Shown here in pieces: positions 41,601 through 52,600 of a DNA stretch of 64,000 nucleotides. Source of the DNA: Tubiluchus corallicola (Eukaryota; Animalia; Priapulida). Each line of letters opens with the position of its first letter. Positions within the stretch are counted from its first letter, which is position 1. The position numbers and the translations under genes are program-made. The notes beneath the pieces were generated by a model that made no database searches, had not been told where the DNA came from, and saw only the letters and a program-made list of their open reading frames with translations. The stretch lies in contig JAQGDQ010000110.1 in the NCBI GenBank assembly GCA_030141605.1, positions 248,001 to 312,000 on the forward strand, given 5' to 3'.

Positions 41601-42443
41601 GATGATAGGTACCATGGGCAGTTGAGGATCATTTCTCGCTTTGGTCGAGTGTACCTCATGCACACACCAGATTCAGAAATGTCCGTTCGTCAGCTACTGG
41701 AGTGCACTAATGGCCAACTGAACATATTTCACAAACCATTTGATATTAGACATTCGTTTATTCCACAAGACTCGCGAAATGTCGAAGAAGTAAAAGGTTT
41801 CTTAAGAAACTCCAACTTTGAAGAAACTGACAAGACAAAAAAATTCCAAGCACAATTACTTGGAGCAAACAGAGTATCAACTACACTTGTTTTAGATGAG
41901 AATTTTAACTATATAGAATGTCGCTTGTCGGATTACAAGTGGATGGTCGCAGACTTGGTCAGTGTGAATGGATTGCTGGATGCTCGAATACAAGTCCAGT
42001 CTCGTCGTTGCATTACAGGAAGTGATATCGACAACTACGAGGGGATGAAGGACTTAGCAAATCCTGAAATGCCTGTAATTGTGCCAGATGCCAATATCAC
42101 TTTTGGAGACGCTCCTGGAATTCGAGTTTGTAATGCATTTTGGGATGTTTGTGAATTTGTGCGTTATAAAGAGGTAAGCCGGTATACATATTTAATTCCA
42201 ACTCTGGTACGTGACTCTAGAATTCCAGGAGTTAGTTTTCTCCAACGTCTGTGGATTGACGTGAATTACGTGTGTCAGTACTCACGACCACACCGTGGAC
42301 AATTTCGAGATGTAGTTCCACGTCAGGAGGTAACTTTGCAGGCCTCTTTGCCTAGCCTTCGAGAAACGGCACAGCTAAACAGCTTCTTGCTAGATTTTTG
42401 GGAGTTTACGATTCGTCTTCGAAATATCATATCCAACGGTTGA
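27850..42443 (+). CDS. Cellular RNA-dependent RNA polymerase (RNA-silencing type, DLDGD/RDR-alpha-like) with long C-terminal extension; 12 coding exons, ~1787 aa
   Basis: Exons 27850-28804, 29271-29434, 29539-29740, 29971-30144, 32949-33088, 33425-33521, 34262-34351, 35061-35209, 36532-36783, 38225-38354, 38951-39373, 39856-42443. GT-AG, phases consistent, 5364 nt. Motifs: SNRILR..FLRV, YKFLGCSNSQLR, RLGQAFS, YCFTDGIGKIS, PSAFQIRYGGAKGVL, RPSMEKF, YLNRQVI, GTVDEYGVLEEDEVFVQ, VTKNPCFHPGDIR, SGSDLDGDMYFVTW, LGMIANAH..AD, LHSYAVDFPKTG, SAFYYVAY..SFPW. An additional upstream exon is possible (acceptor TTATAG ends at 27847). Confidence 0.95.
30739..31342. mobile_element. piggyBac-type MITE (604 bp) in RdRP intron 4
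   Basis: TTAA|CCCTTTCACTACA ... TGTAGTGAAAGGG|TTAA: perfect 13-bp terminal inverted repeats starting CCC, flanked by TTAA on both sides; no transposase ORF. Confidence 0.85.
32577..32611. repeat. (TA)n microsatellite
   Basis: Uninterrupted TA run. Other simple repeats: TA-rich ~1065-1105, CA-rich ~8960-9000, AAT ~55951-56010. Confidence 0.9.
38679..38893. repeat. ~101-bp tandem duplication (2 copies plus the start of a third) in the intron before the DLDGD exon
   Basis: AAGAACTGTAGT..TTTTAGCT.CTAATACTTTTAATTCAT.CTAATAAT..CCTTATTCAACTTGCTG.TAAGCAGAG.AGTACT starts at 38679 and 38780; the head recurs at 38881. Confidence 0.9.
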
Positions 42444-45143
42444 AGAACACCTAGTTGTCTGTTTAGAAATCATTTACAGTAAGGAACGTTATAATGCTAA
42501 GACATTTTTGTTTACAAAACAGTATAATGTCTTAGAATATGTTTTATATTAACTTTTGTGTATGCAGCTAATGTGGAATAATTTATATTGCTAATTTAAT
42601 TTGTGATATTTATTTGTGATTTTTTTCCACTTCCACGCAAAATTGTTCAAATAGCTTCTTCAGGTTTGTGAGTTTATAAAGTGCTGTTACAAGTGTTCGT
42701 CTTTCTTTATTGCCGTACATGATAATTTTTGGTGTAACACACTTCCTCATGTGTACATAAACGTTTTAACTACTGTTTAAAATGTTGTTGTACTAGTCTA
42801 TATCTATATAGTTTACTAAATGCCAGTAAACTATCTGGCAGAAATAGTCAAACCAAAATTTTACATGTGCATTCAGTTGTTGCTGTTTTGTATAGTGTGA
42901 CATACATGTATACATAAACTTATATTTGTACATCTTGTTTTTTTACATTTTTATCTTTACATTTTTATACTTTATTTTTATTCTTTATATTTGTACTTTT
43001 GTTCATGCACAGTACATTACCTGAACAGCTGTTTTATAGTTTATTGTTTGCACATTATGTTTCACTCTGTTGCTAATAGTCGCTGTTGCTGCTGCTGCTA
43101 TTGCTACTGTTTGTTACCAATGTTAATGCTAGTGCAGCTAACAAAGTAGCTAACACATGTGTAGCAAAAAAATATTAACAATTTGCTTACAGTGTGAAAG
43201 TAGTTATTTAAACTTTTTAGTTTTGCACTTCACTTGTTTTTAGAACTGTGTGTGTATTTTTTAAGCTATAAGCCTTGCATGTTATCAAATCAAGATTGAA
43301 AAGAGGGACTCACTGCTTGCCACAGAACTTGCATGTATTCCAGTATTGTAAAATTACTAAATTTGTGTGCTGTACACTAACAAAACAGTGTATTCTTACC
43401 ATTGTATACACAGTTTGAAGCTCATTGCATAACATTAAATTATAGTAACATGACAGATTTAAAATGTCTCTGCTTTTATGTAATGAATCAGAAGTGCATT
43501 AAGTATCCCATGTATAGTCCTCTAGCTAAAGGTTACAAACTGTATCATTTACGTTATTGTACCATGTACGTTGCTATTGTCTTAATTTTATTTTTAATAA
43601 ATAAAGTACTGATACATCTGTTAGCTATGGGCTTGACTGTTTGATGCACTTTAAATAAACTATGGTTTTTCCTAAGATGTTTGTGCTTTGTGACATTCAC
43701 GAACTCTGAGAAACTTCATTTTCATGGACATTGTTAACAGTTCACTGAACTCTGAAAAAAAACTGATATGTATTTAAGAGCATTGTGAAATCTTTCTTGA
43801 GCTTTGGGAAACTGTTCATGAATTGTATTCATACTTCTTGGCCACTTTATAGGGTTCACGTGCATATATGTATAGCATAAAAGATCAGGCAGTGGTCCCA
43901 ATGAACCTACCAGTTATGCACCCGAGTCAGTGTAATTAAATGCCATGCTTGGTCGATTTCAGTAGCGCCCCCATAAGGAATGTAATTTCAATGTCCATCA
44001 TGGAAGCATTACCATGGAAATTTATGTCAGTAAGCAACTTAAGTATTTAACTCAAGAACATTTTGAAACTTCTTCAAGATATTTCACCTGGACTCGTGCT
44101 TGCTAATGTGATCAAGCAAAAAAGTCAAGCAGCTCATGCTAAGAATATGACATTTAGCTTTTTATCAAAGAATATAAAATTTGCTGTTAAATTTAAAACG
44201 TATTATGTTGTGCCGTTTTAAAATAATATGTTACATGTGAGATGTATGTTATTTTATGTCTACACTTCTTTTTAATCACACTGCACTTTACTTACTTTTT
44301 TATTTGTGACTGCTCTCCTTTTTCAAATGTGATTTTTTTTGCTTGTGCTAATATAAAAACCACAAAAAATTAGTCATTAATTTTATGTGATTTTTACTAT
44401 TTTTTAATTTTTCATCTAATGATAAACCACAGTGTCGGTTTGTATTCGCTTAATTGTTGGATTCTTCATTAATTGCTGGTGCTTATCTTTGTAGGTAAGT
44501 ACATACCATAATCACCCACCTATTCTCTCCTAGTAAAACTATACTTATAGCTAAACATATTAATAAAATACTACATTAGTAGTTAATTAATAAGTGCTTA
44601 GCTCAGACCTATCAAAATATTTAGTTGAATAAAAATGCGCAAGAAACATGAAAGACATGAAAGCTGAAGTCATTCCATTACAAAGCTATTAAAGCAGATT
44701 TAATGAAGATCAAAGAAGTTAATGAGCAATTGCCATAGATTGCTTATTAAATATCTTGATTTTGTAAAATACAGAACAATCGATCAGTTGTGTATTAAAA
44801 TGTGAATTAAATATTGTTATGTACAATATCCAAATTGCTTCATATAAACAAACAGCTCAAGAATAGAATTTCATAAAAAGCTCAACCAATCTGGCTGCCT
44901 TAAATGTTCATGTATGTTTTGTGTTCGTACTACATTACGAATTTAAGAGTTCTGACAAACTACTTGTACTAATAATGCACTCGAGATTCACTTGATCACA
45001 TTCAGTGAAAAATGCTAATACAAAAATTTTTCCACACTGTAAAATGTTGAGCTGCTGGTACAAAAAACTATAAAATGTTTTATGTAGGTGAAAGATTACA
45101 AAAAGTATTCTACTATTAACTGTTATCTATAAAAAACAAACTA

Positions 45144-45519
45144 CAGTGGCCGCCGCTTATTGTGGACACCTCGGGCCAGCAGTGTATGTCCATATTAAGC
45201 GGCTGTCCATATTAAGCGAAGTGACCCATGAAGACCCTCCCCCTTCATTAAAAAAGGCAAAAAACTGTCTGTATCAACTCGTCTCCTGTTTTATTGAAAA
45301 AAAAGAAGTCAGACGAGTTTGTTTGGCAGGAAACTTTTCTCTCAACCTTGAACGGAAGGAAGTTATCACAGTTTCGAAGCTCTCAAGGCCACGGCAAACG
45401 GCGAACTGACTGATGCAATGACTCACACAGGCAGCAGAGCGGGAAGCTCTTTTCAATCACGCGCGCAGGCCGTGGTTGGCACAGCTGGTTCACGTGTCCA
45501 TAATAAGCGGCGGCCACTG
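45144..45519. mobile_element. pogo/Tigger-type (Tc1/mariner superfamily) MITE, 376 bp
   Basis: TA|CAGTGGCCGCCGCTTATTGTGGACAC ... GTGTCCATAATAAGCGGCGGCCACTG|TA: 26-bp TIR with one mismatch and TA target duplication. Subterminal repeats GTCCATATTAAGCG twice. Interior carries transposase-C-terminus-like peptide remnants. Confidence 0.9.
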
Positions 45520-45538
45520 TATATAAAAATTCTAATAG

Positions 45539-48106
45539 TTATACAAAATAAGCAGCCAATTGTGCCATTTTGTCTTTTGGCTTGCCGCGTCTGCGTCCTC
45601 TGCCCCGTCCTCTTCCACGTGTAACTGTTGATGCAGCTGGTCGACGCTGTATTTTCGTGCGAGCATGATGCAGTTCAGTCAGTGGTGCAAGAATTGCATC
45701 ACAGTAAACACATCCTGTATGTTCTGTCATCCCTATTTCTAGAGGAGACTTTGCTTTGTTGAAGTTCACTGTGACTAAGGCAGAGTTGCACTTTTCGCAG
45801 TCGTCTTCTGTGACACTAACCCTGTGTGCATCTTCAAAGCAGCCCATAACCACACTGCATTTGTTACAAGCTAGCTTCCATTTAGGAGCAGAAGTTGGAT
45901 CTAGAACAAGCACGCCATTTTCACATTCTACACAAGATGAGACGCCATTGGCACTCACGCTGTGTACACAGCTCGGATGCGTGCACTCGTTGCATCCCAT
46001 TCCCTTGCGCATGTCCCTAAATGGAGGATAGTTAAAACAATATGGACAAACAGAATAACATTTACCTTTTGTTCCAGTTGTCCATAAGACCAGTTCAAAA
46101 TCATCCAAAGGGCACCTGAGTTCTTTGTAGAGCTTGATGCTTCCATTCTGCGGTAACTTGTAAGTCTCATCGCAATGTGTGCAATGCAGTCTGCATGGCT
46201 TCGCTTGCACAAACTTCATGAAGCGGCGACATTTTCCGCATCTTGACAAAGGCTTCCCACTATCTGCCAATGTTGAGAATGTCACCTCAAACAACTCATC
46301 CATTCCAGTAATCTGTGTGACGAAATACTGAAACTTCAGCTTGAATATTTCCAAGGCATGCTGAAGAACAGAGTGAAAGCTAACTTTACCTTGAGCAATC
46401 AAGTTTAGTTGCTCCTCTACAGCAGACCTCATATGAGGCTGGACAAGCTCTGGGTCAATCTTTTGATAGCCGTGAACCAGAACAATGCCTAGTGGTGTTG
46501 GTATTAATCTACGGCCAGTACCAACAGTGACATAGTTTCTTACACCAATATTGTTGATGTGAACTGGAATGCTAGCATCCGTACCGATGCCATGCTTTTC
46601 CATTAATGTTATAACCTCACTTTCAGTTAAATAATCAGGAGGATTGGTAGTGCGTTCTATCAGTTTCACATCTGTCAAAGGGCATGAATTTTCAGTATTA
46701 AACTGGGGAAGATTCTCTTCTGCAGGAATAGCCTGCCAGGTCATCAATGCTGTATACCCAGGATCAATCACCTCCTTACCAACCAACGTAAACTTTTCTG
46801 TTCCAATAGAAAATGTAACGGTTGTTTGCAGGAATCGACAGTCCAGAGATAAAGTAGCAATGAAATGCTGTGTGATGTATTCATATAATTTCCATGCTTC
46901 TGTGCCGACTTCAGCTTCACTAGAAGGTTTTAGTGGAGTAATGGGCGGATGGTCACCTGCATCGTGGCCTTTCCGAGGCTTTTGAATTCCAGATTCTAAA
47001 AGAGCACAAACAAACTGTCCCCAATCCCTGGAAACCCTCTGTTGCCGAAGTGTCCCAAGAAGGTCAAAATTCGCTGGATAGCATGTTGTCTCTGTTCGTG
47101 GATAACTAATGTATCCTTGTGTGTACAGCTTCTCAGCAATTGTCATAGCATGATGTGGTGCCATCCCTAGTGCAGAACTGGCAACTCTCATCAACTCTAC
47201 AGTATTTAAAGCAAGAAGGCGCTGCTTTACCTTTTCCTTTTTACTAACACTTGTTACTGTAGCAGTGCTGTGGGCTCTCACCATATTAAGAAACATTTGA
47301 GCCACCTCTTTGTCAAAAATCCGTATACGCTCCCAGTCAATGTTAATTATGTTACCATTTGGTCCTTCAATCTGTGGCTGAAGAACCCAATATGGTTCTG
47401 GTTTAAATGACTGAATTTGATCATGCCTGTTTACACAAAACCCGAGTGTGGGCGTCTGACAGGGGCCATATGAGATTACTGTACTATCCAAGTTTCCATA
47501 TTTGCCTTGAAAAAATTTTGTTTGAAATCGCGTAAACGCACAACCAATTCTTAAATCTAATTCCTGCCGTGCATCTACTGACATGGCTTCATTTTTATTA
47601 GGAGAACCCAGATTCGCCATAGCATTCTTGATATCTTGGTCTGTAATTGCACTAAAGTGAGCTCGAAATATTGTTTGTTCATCATTTCCCGAAGAATTCA
47701 TAACACCTCGTACTGCATCAATCACTTCAAAACAAATATTCTCACCTTCTTTGTCACAGTCTAACCAAAGTACCAAATAATTAGCTCCCCTTGCTTCTTG
47801 AGCTAAGAAATAGGGCATTCTTAACTTTGGTGTGGCTTCTTTCTTTTCAATTTGAGCCCAAAACAAATCAGCGGGATCTACACGATCCCAGTTGTTAAAT
47901 TTTGCCTGGAAATCGACACCCATAACATGTCCACATACAGAGGTCATTTTAAATTGTACATTTTGACCCCTGAATCTTCCAGTGTATTCATGAATAGAAC
48001 ATGCGCCATTTGAACCTCTCCGCGTATTAGCGCTGCCATTAGATAAAATTTTTGCTAGTGATAGCGCCAGTGACGGTTTTTCTGCAACCATAAAAACAGT
48101 CTTCAT
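45539..48106 (-). CDS. TOP3B: DNA topoisomerase III beta (type IA DNA/RNA topoisomerase), 855 aa, intronless CDS
   Basis: MKTVFMVAEKPS TOPRIM start, WLDCDKEGENIC, catalytic GYISYPRTET, HGIGTDAS, multiple CxxC zinc ribbons, RG-rich tail and the terminal PKDKMAQLAAYFV typical of the beta paralog. ATG at 48106 preferred over the TTG at 48130. Confidence 0.97.
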   Translation of the reverse strand: MKTVFMVAEKPSLALSLAKILSNGSANTRRGSNGACSIHEYTGRFRGQNVQFKMTSVCGHVMGVDFQAKFNNWDRVDPADLFWAQIEKKEATPKLRMPYFLAQEARGANYLVLWLDCDKEGENICFEVIDAVRGVMNSSGNDEQTIFRAHFSAITDQDIKNAMANLGSPNKNEAMSVDARQELDLRIGCAFTRFQTKFFQGKYGNLDSTVISYGPCQTPTLGFCVNRHDQIQSFKPEPYWVLQPQIEGPNGNIINIDWERIRIFDKEVAQMFLNMVRAHSTATVTSVSKKEKVKQRLLALNTVELMRVASSALGMAPHHAMTIAEKLYTQGYISYPRTETTCYPANFDLLGTLRQQRVSRDWGQFVCALLESGIQKPRKGHDAGDHPPITPLKPSSEAEVGTEAWKLYEYITQHFIATLSLDCRFLQTTVTFSIGTEKFTLVGKEVIDPGYTALMTWQAIPAEENLPQFNTENSCPLTDVKLIERTTNPPDYLTESEVITLMEKHGIGTDASIPVHINNIGVRNYVTVGTGRRLIPTPLGIVLVHGYQKIDPELVQPHMRSAVEEQLNLIAQGKVSFHSVLQHALEIFKLKFQYFVTQITGMDELFEVTFSTLADSGKPLSRCGKCRRFMKFVQAKPCRLHCTHCDETYKLPQNGSIKLYKELRCPLDDFELVLWTTGTKGKCYSVCPYCFNYPPFRDMRKGMGCNECTHPSCVHSVSANGVSSCVECENGVLVLDPTSAPKWKLACNKCSVVMGCFEDAHRVSVTEDDCEKCNSALVTVNFNKAKSPLEIGMTEHTGCVYCDAILAPLTELHHARTKIQRRPAASTVTRGRGRGRGRRRGKPKDKMAQLAAYFV

Positions 48107-48899
48107 AGCGGTACAACTAACTGGCTTCAAACGAAACAGGAATAGTGAGAAACATCCGCAAATTTATTGCCTCATTCATACAATCACTGTCTTGCTAGTT
48201 ACTGCAGATTCAGAATTTACACAAATAACTGCATGGCAAAGAAACTTCAATAGGAGAACGCTTCTCACGGGCATCGACGTTCAGTCATTGACGATTTACC
48301 GTAATTCACTCGTCACGCCTTCAGTTGACCAACTAATTAAAAATATCTGTAAATCTTTTGTAAAAATTCCTATTTGATTTCTATTAGTATAGAAACGACA
48401 CAATAAAAATGGTAGCATTTACGTTGCACAGAATATACTACTTAGCTCCTTGGACCATTTGCAGCACCTGTCTACAGTCTAGGCTGCTACTTTATGTAAG
48501 CTGCACTCAGGACAGGATTCAGAGTAAAGATATAAAATGTTTGTGTGCATGCTATGCATACGACCTGCCTGTCATTTAATTTGAATAAATTTGTTAAATC
48601 AACCTGTTCAAGTTTAGATAAAGTTGGCCCACCAAGAAGCTGAAAATGGGTTAGTCCAAAATTTATTGGATATAATATAAGTTTATAATTTAGTATAGAT
48701 TATCTTGTTTGTTTTTGCATTAGTTTGCTTTCCACAATGTTGATTTTGTACTTTTTATACTCTATATTTTTATTAAGTGGATTGTTGAGTGACCATGACG
48801 ACGTTATGGGCGAAACATTGCAGCAGAGCAGCTGTTTGTGTTTGAATGAAAGCCATGTTTTTCCTTAAGTAGGTGGAGGCTATTATTTTCATTAAAGCA

Positions 48900-49600
48900 C
48901 AAGAAAATCCTCCACTTACATAAAGCTTAAAAAATTCGTCTCAAAATTTTATACCACTTACATACTACCTTTTCATATGCATGGCTTGCATCGGCCTTAA
49001 CATTGTATAAAACGTGTAAATTTAAACTCCTGCGATGACCGTTAGGCGCAGCCATTTTAATGGTAGGTCGTTTGAAACAAGTTTTGGTAACATTAAGTAA
49101 AGTTTGAAAAAATAATCAGAGCATCCGTAGCATACATGTTGCTAATTAAGTAAAATTTTAAATTACTGTATCTTGTCAATAAGGTTACAAATACGTTTTG
49201 GCTAGTGAGTGGCACACCCTGGAAGGTGAGTCAGTGATATTTTACCAACTGGCACAAACATTTTAAATGAATAGTCTAGTTACATAAGTGTTTCCAGCAG
49301 GTAAGCGAAATGCCAAATATATAGATTTGCACGGAAAGTTTTTTTGGGTCATGATTTAACATTGCCTTTTCTTCCCCTGATTTACGTATTTTAGTCACGT
49401 CATGTAATGGCGCCGTCGAAACAGTATTTGGGGAGGTTTAAAATGAAAACAAATGAAAATTCCTTTCAACGCGAATACGATATGGGCATTAAATTGCTGT
49501 AAAGTAGTATAATTTTTTAAGGCGATTTTTCTGAAACCTATTTCATGTGCCCCCTTTCTTGTCCTTTAAATTTCTAAGACCTTTTCGCCCGTCGCCGAAA
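48900..49600. promoter_or_regulatory. Probable bidirectional promoter between TOP3B and GFER/MOCS3
   Basis: CpG-enriched patch. YY1-like AAAATGGCTGCG on the minus strand (~49047-49058) and TAATGGCGCCG on the plus strand (~49405-49415). CRE/ATF-like TCACGTCA (~49395-49402). Strong donor-like sites nearby on both strands (plus AAG|GTGAGT ~49226, CAG|GTAAGC ~49301; minus GTAAGT at ~48919 and ~48961). Confidence 0.45.
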
Positions 49601-52600
49601 CCAGTTAGGAAACATTACAAGACCATAAAGATAGAATATAAAGGAGGACAAATTAAGATCATTGACAGAACAAAATCTGACAAACACGAGTATATTAGTA
49701 AATGTGGACTTAAGCTACATGAATAATCATGGAAATCAGGATAAATAAGACTAAATTGAAATGTAATTTCAAAGAAAATAAGTGAGAAGATTTGCTTTCT
49801 CTTAACTGCAGAAACAAAAATTACTACAGAACATATGTTATGTTGGCAGAGTTTTGAAGGAATAATTTAATAAGTGAGGTGTTGGGTTGGAAACTATTAC
49901 AGCAACCTCTGAAAGAGGTGCTCTTTAACGATTAGCAAAAGCGTTTAAATAGAACATGGAATCCAGAGAAAATGGATAGCAGTTAGAAGAACATGTATGC
50001 GGAAATGGAAAAGACAGTTAAAACGAGTTTTGAGAAAAAGAGTTTTGCTCTTGCACACTTACGTATGCGTCGTTGGGTTATCCTATTAAAGGTAAAAGGG
50101 AGCCGCAAAGCTTTGAGACGAAGGTTTCGTTCATTGAAGAAGTCATCAAGACACTGAAGACAGCAAGCTGCGAAAGATTAAGAACAGTGCAGTATAACAA
50201 CATAACTTTTAGGGTTAAGATATGTATTAGTAACTGAGAAGCAGAAGTCAAAAGTAGTTGTGAATGTGAGTAAATGAGTACCGGCTTGAATTTCGACATC
50301 TGATATGCGTCATAAATTATACTAACAGTATTTTTGGGTTTATAAAAGAAAAAAGTAAATGTATTTTTCTGACTCTACAAATGCTCATAAACAAATTTCA
50401 TTTGAAACAGTGTTTTTTAATACTTTTTAAGAACAAGTTTACTTAACTGTTACTAATTAATGATATTGTATACAATACAATAGTATTAGTAACTTACAAA
50501 TAAAATGGTGCATACATTGCCTGATGACAGCTGCCATTTAGTGATTTATAGTATTGAATGTGAACCTGTGCATGTGATAACAATGTACACATTAGGTACA
50601 AGGTGCATAAGTGAGTTATACTTAAAGCACTTTAGAATAGTTTATAAATTTAAATTCCACATGTTTGATTATTAAAGATTTTGAGTTAAGCATTGCTCAC
50701 AAATTTGTATTATTTCACCGGCCTATGAGAACTTTACTAACTTTTTTGGGTCCTCTTAATCTACAGTGCTAACATTATTGTGACAGACAGTGAAGTAGTG
50801 AATACAAGTGTGCTTTGAGATCTTTATGAATCCTAAAATATCAGGTTGTGCAAAAAGACTGTCCTGAAGTTTTGATTGCGATACTTTAAGAAGAAAGTGG
50901 CGTAATTGCTTGAAAATTACCACACTGACATTGGCTTATATAAACATAAAAAGTTTTTGGTCATCATCTTAGATTTTTCCAAATATACCCAACCTTTAAA
51001 TCAACAAGTCAAGAAATTAAATTGTAGAAAGAATTGTATGTCACTTATTAAAATTTTCAGCCATTATTGTATCCCTCATTTTCACTGCAAACTAGATGAA
51101 GGCTAGTTTAAACAGCGATAATGGCATATTAGTTGCCAAACAAATGTTTCTACCTGATATATTATAACAACCGGAAATGTCAGGAACAGCAAATTTGGCT
51201 GTAGTCATACAGAGAGCGACCTACGTTAGAAACAATCGCATCACAGTAATTCTCTTTCCCGATAGCATCTGTAACCAGAAAAATAGAAAAAAACTTGTCC
51301 CAGGATCAATGTTAACTTCCAACAGCTGTTACTTTCTTACATCTTTAAGAAGGCACTTATTCCCAGCAATTTTTGGCTTTAGATGATCTGCATCAAACTG
51401 TTCTGTGCAGTAGTTGTGCACTTTCTGTTTAAGGGAATTCCATATACAATAGTTTCAGAAGATTAAGTCACTTTTTTCTGACAACATGTCTTTATCAATG
51501 CTTTATCCTTTGTAGTCATGACTTTGATATAAATTGGTTGATTTCTTTATTATTTTACTTGCCATGTATTGAGTGCTTTACTTCAACTTGACTTTTCTTC
51601 AATTACCATTAACTAACATTGCACCAGTGTTTAAATTTTTAATATGCAAGAGTTTTTTGGTCATAACATGAAAAACCAACAAAGCTGTAAACTTGTAATT
51701 TTCATATCCATAAGTTAATGTTTTGTAGTATCACACTGTGAAATTTCAAGTTTGTTGGACAGCTCACTTCTAAACAATTGTAGTCTAAACTTTGGCTTTT
51801 TTTCTGCTCTACCAACTGAGCAATAATTTACTATAACAGTCTTTATTTGCTGTATAATCTGTGATGAAGATATAATTATGTAGCTTTTAAATTTTTACAA
51901 ATGCAGGGTTATCTGTTTTTGTTATTATACTTGTCATATAGTTTGATGTATATATTTATCAGTTCTTGTAAACTTGTGAAAATCCATGAGCTGTTTCTGA
52001 TTCAGCACCGGAAACACATCAAGCAATGTTTGGGGGGAAAAGCTTTTATAATGTGTGAAGCATTGTATTACTGACAGTCTGCTATGCTGAATAATATGGA
52101 TGATATTTGCATCTCATTTATGTGTATGCAAGTAAAACTCATACAAGTATAAAACGCAAAGTATGCAAGTGCAAGATGTTTGTGTTAATTGCGAAAACTC
52201 ATTTGCTGATTGGAAACTAAACGTAAATATGACGCAGCAGGAGCAAGTCTCTAATTCTATAGAAAATTTAATTTGTGTATTACAGCGAGAACAGTACAGA
52301 AGATATTAGGCAAACGTGTTTGTAGCGGACTGATTTTAATGCTACACAACTGTAGAGGGTCGTTAAGCATGTTGATGTACGCGTAATCTTCTGTTTTGTA
52401 CACATAGTGGTTTCATTTCGATTGAGAATCTCAGATTATTTGTAACTAAAATAAAACTACAAAATGTGCCTGCTAGGTGTGCCAAGCAAAATTTTCAGTT
52501 GTGCCATTCTCTTTTGCAAAAATATTGTTTATACATCTAGCACTAAAGTGTTGAAAACCTTTGTTATAGATTTTTATGTTTGTTTATTGATTTTCATTGC

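Noticed and set aside
39786-42443. 885-aa ORF as an independent gene
   Set aside because: Its first 23 codons are intronic. The acceptor at 39855 joins it in phase to the DLDGD exon, and it begins with the RdRP head domain.
27850-42443. Viral or endogenised viral RdRP
   Set aside because: The motifs are those of the cellular double-psi-barrel family (DLDGD), not viral GDD palm polymerases, and the gene has 11 spliceosomal introns.
45756-46985. Antisense and alternate-frame ORFs within TOP3B (likewise within GFER and RdRP exons)
   Set aside because: Shadow ORFs of real coding sequence with no recognisable motifs.
48107-48130. TTG start extending TOP3B by 8 aa
   Set aside because: The conserved N-terminus begins at MKTV (ATG 48106), and the extension overlaps a splice-acceptor-like sequence.
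49620-50300. Possible decayed LINE 3' end on the minus strand
   Set aside because: Strand-biased composition is suggestive, but I could not recover a diagnostic peptide motif.
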